NCBI GenBank assembly: GCA_014727915.1
Contig: WJMO01000009.1
Coordinates: 32,001 to 96,000 of the forward strand
DNA from: Candidatus Altiarchaeales archaeon
GTDB taxonomy: Archaea; Altiarchaeota; Altiarchaeia; IMC4; SCGC-AAA252-I15
Direction: 5' to 3'
DNA: 64,000 nucleotides
This document shows, one piece after another, positions 57,622-64,000 of this stretch (position 1 is the first letter of the stretch; every line of letters begins with the position of its first letter). The translations under genes and the position numbers were made by a program. Below the pieces are notes generated by a model. It made no database searches. It was not told where the DNA came from and was given only the letters and a program-made list of their open reading frames with translations.

Positions 57622-59010
57622 CTACCCGAACCAGCGCTCTTCCGTAGCCACCTTCATGTAGTCCACGTTCTTGTCCGTCGCCGCCTCCGCGGCCTTCAAA
57701 CCCATGTGTATGCTGTGGTCCATGTTGTTGTATCTGAAAAGTCCGTTGCGGCCGAAGAAACGCAGGTTGGCGAAGCCTTTGAGGTAGTCGATGGCCGTGT
57801 CGAGGTTCTCCCTGTATGTTAGGTCGTATACGGGGTATGCGTGCTCCATCTTCCGAACCGTTGAGTCGATGTACTCTCCCTCCTCGACCAAACCGATCCC
57901 CACCATGTCCTTGAGAACCCGTTCGCTCAACTCTTCCTTGCTTGCGTTCCAGGTTTCATCCCCCATCTGGCAGGTTATCTCCGCCCCCACGATGGTCTTC
58001 CCGTCGGGGGTGTTCCCCGCGTTGAAGTTCTTCGACTCGCTCACTCGGTTGGCCTTGTACTTGAGTTCCGGCAGGTAGATCCAGTGGTCGTGGCTGACCC
58101 TGTCCCGGTCGAACTTCAAGTAGACGAAGACAATGGACCTGAACCTGAGCCTCTCGTTCGCCTCCAAAACATCGTCTGGAGGCTTCGGGCTGACGCATCT
58201 TATGAAGTCTGTTATGGGTATCGTATTGAATACGATGTCGTCATCCCCGACCTTGATCGTTCCGCCGTCATACCCTATCCCTGTTATCCGGCCCCCGCTG
58301 GCCGTCACCTCCTTGACCGGAGAGCTAACCCTGATCTTCCCCCCTCTATCCCTTATCCCCCTCTCGTAGGCCTCGCTTATCCTGCCTATGCCATGGCTTC
58401 TAGGGTAGTGGAATCTGCTCACGTATGTCCGGGGCGTCTCCCCGATACTCAAAGTCTTCACCAGGGTGTCCCATAGGCTTAGGAGGCTTATCCGCTGGGC
58501 GGCCCAGTCCGCGGAAAGCTCGGTGCAGGGTATCCCCCACGTCTTCTCCGTGTATACCTTGAAGTATATCTCGTAGAGCTTCCGACCGAACCTCGACAGC
58601 ACCCACTCCTCGAAGTTCCCGTCCTCCCCTCCGCCCAGGATGTTCCTGAGCTTCATGGTCGTGTAGTCGAGCATTATCCTGGCAGTGGTCGAGGGCGGCA
58701 TGTTGAAGAACGCGTTACCCACCTTAAGCGGGTAGTCGAAGAACCTACCCTCTAACAGTATCCTCGAAACCCTCTCCTTCTCGTCCAGGTCCCCATCCAA
58801 CAAACGGTTGACGTGTTCGACAAGGCTGTCTTCCTTGGTGTGGAACCGGTGGGGTCCCAGGTCATATGTGAAACCTCCTTCAGAATGGCTTTTGGCCATG
58901 CCTCCTACGCGGCCTTCCTTCTCCAGCACGGTCACATCCACGCCCTTTTTGGCCAGCTCGTAGGATGCGCTCAAACCGCCGAGGCCCGCGCCCAAGACAA
59001 CCACCTTCAT
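57622..59010 (-). CDS. FAD-dependent oxidoreductase (HemY/UDP-galactopyranose mutase-like, glycan-locus type)
   Basis: GAGLGGL, DLGPHRF, WAAQRI, AYPVY, GRNGLFRYNNMDHS. Confidence 0.88.
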   Translation of the reverse strand: MKVVVLGAGLGGLSASYELAKKGVDVTVLEKEGRVGGMAKSHSEGGFTYDLGPHRFHTKEDSLVEHVNRLLDGDLDEKERVSRILLEGRFFDYPLKVGNAFFNMPPSTTARIMLDYTTMKLRNILGGGEDGNFEEWVLSRFGRKLYEIYFKVYTEKTWGIPCTELSADWAAQRISLLSLWDTLVKTLSIGETPRTYVSRFHYPRSHGIGRISEAYERGIRDRGGKIRVSSPVKEVTASGGRITGIGYDGGTIKVGDDDIVFNTIPITDFIRCVSPKPPDDVLEANERLRFRSIVFVYLKFDRDRVSHDHWIYLPELKYKANRVSESKNFNAGNTPDGKTIVGAEITCQMGDETWNASKEELSERVLKDMVGIGLVEEGEYIDSTVRKMEHAYPVYDLTYRENLDTAIDYLKGFANLRFFGRNGLFRYNNMDHSIHMGLKAAEAATDKNVDYMKVATEERWFG

Positions 59011-59060
59011 GTTCAGAAAGTATATTATAAACGATACCTACTATATATCTCTATTCTGAC

Positions 59061-59771
59061 ATGAAAGCTGTCGTGGTGATGCCCGCGTACAACGCGGGCA
59101 AGACAATAGAGGACGTGTTCAAACGGCTTCCAGGGGAGGCGGTCGACCGGATTGAGGAATACATCATAGTCGACGATGGGAGCAGAGACGACACACAAGA
59201 GAGGGTGAGGAACCTCTCCGGGGAATACAACATCAAACTGCTCGTGCACGAGAGGAACCGTGGCTACGGCGGCGCGCAGAAGACCGGATTCGACCAGGCC
59301 CTGGAGGACGGAGCAGACCTGGTGGTCCTCTTGCACAGTGACGGCCAGTACGCTCCGGAGAAGATACTGGAGATGATGAAGCCCATCGAAGACGGCGTGG
59401 CGGACGTGGTCGGCGGCAGCAGGATACTAGGCGGCAAGGCATTGGAGGGCGGCATGCCCTTGCACAGGTACTACGGCAACATATTCCTGTCCAAATTGGA
59501 GAACATATTCTTCAAACTGGACATCACAACCTACCATTCAGGCTACAAGGCCTACAGCAGGAAGGCGTTGGAGCGCATACCCTACAACAGCTACAGCGAA
59601 TCGTTCTACTTCGACAGCGAGATGCTCGTCGGCACCAAGCGGGCCAACCTCCCGATAACCGAGATACCGATCCCCACAAGGTACGCCGGCGAGAAAACCT
59701 ACCTGAATTCCTTCACATACGGCATAGGAGTCTTGGGCGTGATTGTCAGGTATTTATTGAGGAAAATCTAA
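59061..59771 (+). CDS. Glycosyltransferase family 2
   Basis: MPAYNA, VDDGSRD, NRGYGGAQK, HSDGQY, FDSEML. Confidence 0.92.
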   Translation: MKAVVVMPAYNAGKTIEDVFKRLPGEAVDRIEEYIIVDDGSRDDTQERVRNLSGEYNIKLLVHERNRGYGGAQKTGFDQALEDGADLVVLLHSDGQYAPEKILEMMKPIEDGVADVVGGSRILGGKALEGGMPLHRYYGNIFLSKLENIFFKLDITTYHSGYKAYSRKALERIPYNSYSESFYFDSEMLVGTKRANLPITEIPIPTRYAGEKTYLNSFTYGIGVLGVIVRYLLRKI

Positions 59772-59781
59772 AGTCTCAGCC

Positions 59782-60894
59782 ATGAGCAAGATCCTGGTGA
59801 CCGGCGGAGCGGGCTTCATAGGCTCCCACCTCGTTGACGCGCTAGTCTCCGAAGGCCATGAGGTAGTCATCCTCGACAGCCTCGAAGAGCAGGTGCACAA
59901 GGGCAGGGAACCCGACTACCTGAACCCCGCGGCAGAGTTCATAAAAGGCGAAGTCTCCGACCGGGAGATGTTGCGGAAGTCATTGGACGGCGTGGAAATC
60001 CTATACCATGAGGCTGCCGCAGTCGGTGTGGGCCAGAGCATGTACATGATAGAGGAGTACATGGGCAAGAACACAATGGCAACATCCGTGCTGATGGACC
60101 TTCTCGTCAACGAAGAGCACAGCCTGAAGAAGCTGGTCGTCGCGTCGAGCATGAGCATCTACGGCGAGGGCGCCTACGAGTGCGGCGAACATGGTATATT
60201 ATATCCTCCGTTGAGGCCGACAGAGCAGTTGAAATCCCACAGGTGGGAGGTCATGTGCCCCGACTGCGGCAAACCCTGCAAGCCGGCTCCGACCACCGAG
60301 GAGAAGCCGGTACGCCCCACCTCTATCTACGCGCTGTCGAAGCGTGACCAGGAGGAGCTGTGCCTGATAACGGGGATGAGCTATGGGCTGCCGACGGTCG
60401 CGTTGAGGTATTTCAACGTCTACGGCCCACGGCAGAGCCTCAGCAACCCATACACCGGTGTAGCGGCGATATTCAGCAGCAACATAAAGAACGGAAACCC
60501 GCCGATAATTTTCGAGGACGGAAACCAGACTCGGGACTTCGTGTCGGTCAAGGACATAGTCCAGGCCAACCTGCTGGTCATGAATTCGTCGAAGGCGGAC
60601 TACCAGGCCTTCAACGTGGGCAGCGGAAAACCGACTTCGATACTGGGGGTGGCGGAGATGCTGGCCGAACTCTACGGTAAGAATTTGAAGCCTGACGTTC
60701 AGAACAAATACCGTGTGGGGGACATACGCCACTGCTACGCCGACATATCAAAGCTGAAGAAGATAGGCTACATGCCTAGCGTCGACATCAAGAACGGGTT
60801 CAGGGAACTGGTGGAGTGGGGTAAGACCGCGGAGGCGGTTGACGAGAGCAAGAGGGCGGCCCAGGAACTCAAAGAACGAAACCTCGTAGAATAA
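59782..60894 (+). CDS. NAD-dependent epimerase/dehydratase (WbiB-like)
   Basis: TGGAGFIGS, AVGVGQSMY, YALSK, SLSNPYTGV, FEDG.Q.RDF. Confidence 0.9.
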   Translation: MSKILVTGGAGFIGSHLVDALVSEGHEVVILDSLEEQVHKGREPDYLNPAAEFIKGEVSDREMLRKSLDGVEILYHEAAAVGVGQSMYMIEEYMGKNTMATSVLMDLLVNEEHSLKKLVVASSMSIYGEGAYECGEHGILYPPLRPTEQLKSHRWEVMCPDCGKPCKPAPTTEEKPVRPTSIYALSKRDQEELCLITGMSYGLPTVALRYFNVYGPRQSLSNPYTGVAAIFSSNIKNGNPPIIFEDGNQTRDFVSVKDIVQANLLVMNSSKADYQAFNVGSGKPTSILGVAEMLAELYGKNLKPDVQNKYRVGDIRHCYADISKLKKIGYMPSVDIKNGFRELVEWGKTAEAVDESKRAAQELKERNLVE

Positions 60895-60927
60895 GGATTA
60901 ATGATATTATGTCGGCTTTTCCATCAA

Positions 60928-61629
60928 CTATTTTGAAATTATCCTCTTTAGTTTGAAAACGTACTTTAGGAGGCTCCAGTCCCTGTTCAACTTCACGGTC
61001 GTCCCACGGCGTTCCACCCAGGAAACTGGGAACTCCCTTATCATGTATCCGTGCCTCTGTGCTCTCAGCAGTATCTCGGTGTCCCAGGACCACCCCCTGT
61101 CTCCGCTCTCGTCGTATCCTGCCTCATCGACCAACCTCAATATCACATCTCTCCTGAAGGCTTTCAGCCCGCACTGGTGGTCCCTCAGCCGCGACCCGAA
61201 GTACGCTCTTATGAAGCCATTTGACAGGTGAGTGTACGCCCTCCTTAAGACGCTCCTCCCTATCCTGGACTCAGGGTGCGTCCTGCAGCCCATGGAGATG
61301 TCATACTCCCCGAGGTCTTCGGCCATTCCAGGGAGGTAATGTGCCGCCTCTCCCAGGTCGGAGTCGATGAACGCAACGTACTCTCCCTTTGCCTGCTTGA
61401 AGGATGTCGCCAGGTTCTCCCTCCGGCTGGGCCCGTTCTCATAACGCAGGTGCCTGACCCTCATGTCTTCGCTCTCGAGTTTTCTGCATATCTCCGGCGT
61501 CCCATCCGCTGACCCGTCATCGACTATGAAGAGCTCATAGTCCAAGCCCTCCAAAGCCTTCATGATATCCCTCACATTCCTCTCTAAACCCTGTTCTTCA
61601 TCGTATGCGGGCGTGAAAACAGACAGCAT
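60928..61629 (-). CDS. GT2, dolichyl-phosphate glycosyltransferase-like
   Basis: PAYDEE, VDDGSADGT, DSD, DHQCGLKAF, WDTEIL, FPVSW. Confidence 0.88.
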   Translation of the reverse strand: MLSVFTPAYDEEQGLERNVRDIMKALEGLDYELFIVDDGSADGTPEICRKLESEDMRVRHLRYENGPSRRENLATSFKQAKGEYVAFIDSDLGEAAHYLPGMAEDLGEYDISMGCRTHPESRIGRSVLRRAYTHLSNGFIRAYFGSRLRDHQCGLKAFRRDVILRLVDEAGYDESGDRGWSWDTEILLRAQRHGYMIREFPVSWVERRGTTVKLNRDWSLLKYVFKLKRIISK

Positions 61630-61684
61630 CTTTTATACGGCACCACCTAATCTAATACCATTTACACTTTTCAGGGTTTATAAC

Positions 61685-63565
61685 ATGAGGAGAAAACAGG
61701 CGGTTGAAGAGGAAGAGCTCATAATGCTGGCAGTGTTCCTCCTCGCGTCCTCGGTATTCTTCGCGTCGACCTACGGGTTCTACGGGTCCAACACCGGCAG
61801 CCACTACGCGCTTGTGCGGGCGGTGGTGGAGAACCAGTCTTTCAAGGTCAACTCGTTCGTCCGCTACACGGGGCTAATAGACTATGCGGTATACGAGGAC
61901 AACGCATACAGCGACCGGGCGCCGGGCCTCGCTTTCGCTGCCGCGCCCTTCTACCTCACAGGCAAACTGGCCTCCTCTGTGCTCCCGCTTGCCGCATACT
62001 ACAGGGGATGGGACCCCGGAAACCCCGCGGGCTTCACCACCTTGCTATTGCCAGTAATCGCCGGCGGTCTGTCGGTCGCCCTCCTCTATCGTATATGCCG
62101 GGAGCTCGGCGGCAGCGTGTACGCGTCGCTGATAACGGCCTTCACCCTGGCATTCGCGACGATCTTCTGGAAGCATTCGACCATGTTCTTCTCCCATGTG
62201 TTATCTGCGTTCCTTCTCCTGCTTGGATTATGCCTGGCGTTGACGTTGAAAAGCCTAAAGAAACAACGGTCCCATGCCTGCGCGATGTTCTTCGCGTTGG
62301 GATACATGGTGGTTGTGGAATATGCCAACATACTCCTGACGGCCATAGTTGTGTCATACCTGTTCGCATCCCGGAAGATGACGGTTAAGGATGTGACGTC
62401 CATGAAGAAGGAAATCCTCCACCCCATCCTATGCCTGATAGTCCCCCTCCTCATCATCCCGTTCTACAATTCGATCAACTTCGGGGATCCGATGACCACC
62501 GCCTACAAGTACTCCCCCCACCACGGTTGGGTGGGCGACCTCGGAGAGGCGCTCTCCACTCCATTGTCCGAGGGCGTGCCTGGCCTTCTGTTCACTGGCG
62601 AGCAGGTGAACGGCGGGCTGTTCCTCGTATCTCCCATATTGCTGCTTTCTATCTGGGGTCTGAAATACATGTACAGGAGCCGCAAGCCCGAGTCAATGCT
62701 GGTCGCTGCCTTGTTCCTGGCTCACCTCCTGTTCTACGGCAAGTACAAGACCTGGGGTGGCGGGGGCATCTCAGACACCCGCTACCTGATAACAGTCACT
62801 CCCATCATTGTTCTTCCCTTGTATGCGTGGGTCGACGGCTTCCTGCTGAAGCGGAAGCACGAGTTCGAGAAGGCGTTCTACACGCTTCCGCTGCTGGTCT
62901 TGTTCGGCATGTCCGTCGTGAACGTCATGGGAGACATAGCCACAGAGGAAGGCCATGGGACTAGGGAGTTCATCTTTCCTGCGGTGAAGGCGGGGGAGAT
63001 TTCCATGCTCTTCGACAATGTATTCGGCAACATTGGCAGGCTGCCAGCCTACCTTGGCATAGTCGCGATACTCTACTCTCTCGCGTCTCTGGCGTTGAAG
63101 AGGACGGTCGGCATAGCATATGTCATGGGCGAGGACCAGAATTTCGTTGCCATAGTGTTGGGTCTGGCGGTCGCGGGCTTCATAGCAGCAATCGCTTTCA
63201 GCGGGACCTCATCCGTCCCCGCGGAGCTGAAGGGGTGGAGCTACTCATTGGACGGGTTCCACTGGAGCAAGGTCGAGCCGCCCTATGGCTTCGAGGGCGG
63301 CGGCAGGCTCTTTGTGAAAGGGGTACTGGACGTTCCCGGACCATCCTCTAACTCGGTTATCGGGGTGATGGCAGAGGATTGTGTTTCGAAGGTGTACGTC
63401 AACGACCGGCTGGTGTCCGAGGTGTCCAACTGCACGGCCTGCATGCACTGCGATGGAGTCCGGATGGACCTGGGGCCGCTGGTGCAGCCCGGGCTGAATC
63501 CAATATGGTTCGAGGTGACGGGTTCGGGCGAGGCGGTCAAGTTCACAGCCCAAAAACTGGAATAG
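61685..63565 (+). CDS. Polytopic membrane protein, GT-C-like, with C-terminal beta-domain
   Basis: YSDRAPG, GLFLVSPI, WGGG...RYL; start placed at ATG 61685. Confidence 0.75.
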   Translation: MRRKQAVEEEELIMLAVFLLASSVFFASTYGFYGSNTGSHYALVRAVVENQSFKVNSFVRYTGLIDYAVYEDNAYSDRAPGLAFAAAPFYLTGKLASSVLPLAAYYRGWDPGNPAGFTTLLLPVIAGGLSVALLYRICRELGGSVYASLITAFTLAFATIFWKHSTMFFSHVLSAFLLLLGLCLALTLKSLKKQRSHACAMFFALGYMVVVEYANILLTAIVVSYLFASRKMTVKDVTSMKKEILHPILCLIVPLLIIPFYNSINFGDPMTTAYKYSPHHGWVGDLGEALSTPLSEGVPGLLFTGEQVNGGLFLVSPILLLSIWGLKYMYRSRKPESMLVAALFLAHLLFYGKYKTWGGGGISDTRYLITVTPIIVLPLYAWVDGFLLKRKHEFEKAFYTLPLLVLFGMSVVNVMGDIATEEGHGTREFIFPAVKAGEISMLFDNVFGNIGRLPAYLGIVAILYSLASLALKRTVGIAYVMGEDQNFVAIVLGLAVAGFIAAIAFSGTSSVPAELKGWSYSLDGFHWSKVEPPYGFEGGGRLFVKGVLDVPGPSSNSVIGVMAEDCVSKVYVNDRLVSEVSNCTACMHCDGVRMDLGPLVQPGLNPIWFEVTGSGEAVKFTAQKLE

Positions 63566-63569
63566 TTAT

Positions 63570-64000
63570 TTATCCCCGGAATTCTGCATAGTCCTTCAGC
63601 ATCAGGTAGTTGGCCGCGTATTCCGGCAGCTTAACTTCCTCTCCTGCGTTGTAGGGTCCGTATCTGTTCTCCATCATAGTCCACGTTCCCACATCCGATG
63701 TTATCCTAGCCGTGACCTCTCCGTCTTTGAACGCTATCGCATCCATGAGGGGGTTGAAAGAGTCAATGTCCTTGACTTTCCTTGCCAGTAATCCGCTGCC
63801 TCCGTGTATGGTGTCCGGCAGCCTTATCAGCCGGGACGTGTCTAATGTGACCTGCTTGTCCGCGTCCTTTATCTCAACGGCCTTGGAGTATATCAGGTTC
63901 TGTATCGGGCCTTTGAGCCTGTCGAAGAGCGCGTCCCACCGTCCCTCGCGCAGGAACCTGAGGTTCATCTCACGGTCTGCCGCGTGCTTCTCGGCCGTGG
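63570..64000 (-). CDS. priS: DNA primase small subunit, C-terminal part (frame open to window edge)
   Basis: DKQVTLDTSRLIRLPDTIHGGSGL matches the archaeal PriS D..VT.D..RLIR.P.S.HG motif. Confidence 0.85.
   Translation of the reverse strand, partial: TAEKHAADREMNLRFLREGRWDALFDRLKGPIQNLIYSKAVEIKDADKQVTLDTSRLIRLPDTIHGGSGLLARKVKDIDSFNPLMDAIAFKDGEVTARITSDVGTWTMMENRYGPYNAGEEVKLPEYAANYLMLKDYAEFRG

Overview
Archaeal chromosomal window with no rRNA, tRNA, CRISPR array or transposase detected by eye. It carries archaeal markers (aCPSF1/FttA, proteasome beta, AglB/STT3, UppS, Nob1, AK6, PriS, archaeal riboflavin synthase, a class III signal pilin). Gene style suggests a DPANN-like lineage such as Altiarchaeota, which is an inference. 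Main blocks: amt-glnK; a histone-H1-like/YqjD tail-anchored protein with a YqjE-like partner; an ACT regulator plus PyrR-like gene divergent from argG'-argH-argG; a lower-GC YIDPGTGS/NoeA/sulfatase-like island; a chimeric riboflavin operon; and a large surface-glycosylation region with GT-C enzymes, B12 radical SAM enzymes and NDP-sugar enzymes. The most striking element is an array of five paralogous TrbC/VirB2 (T4SS-type) pilin-like genes at 51780-53419. They share the motif YG[GA]xKYxxSADDPxGR, carry a terminal Cys pattern suggesting disulfide closure, and converge on aglB across a 3x17-bp repeat.
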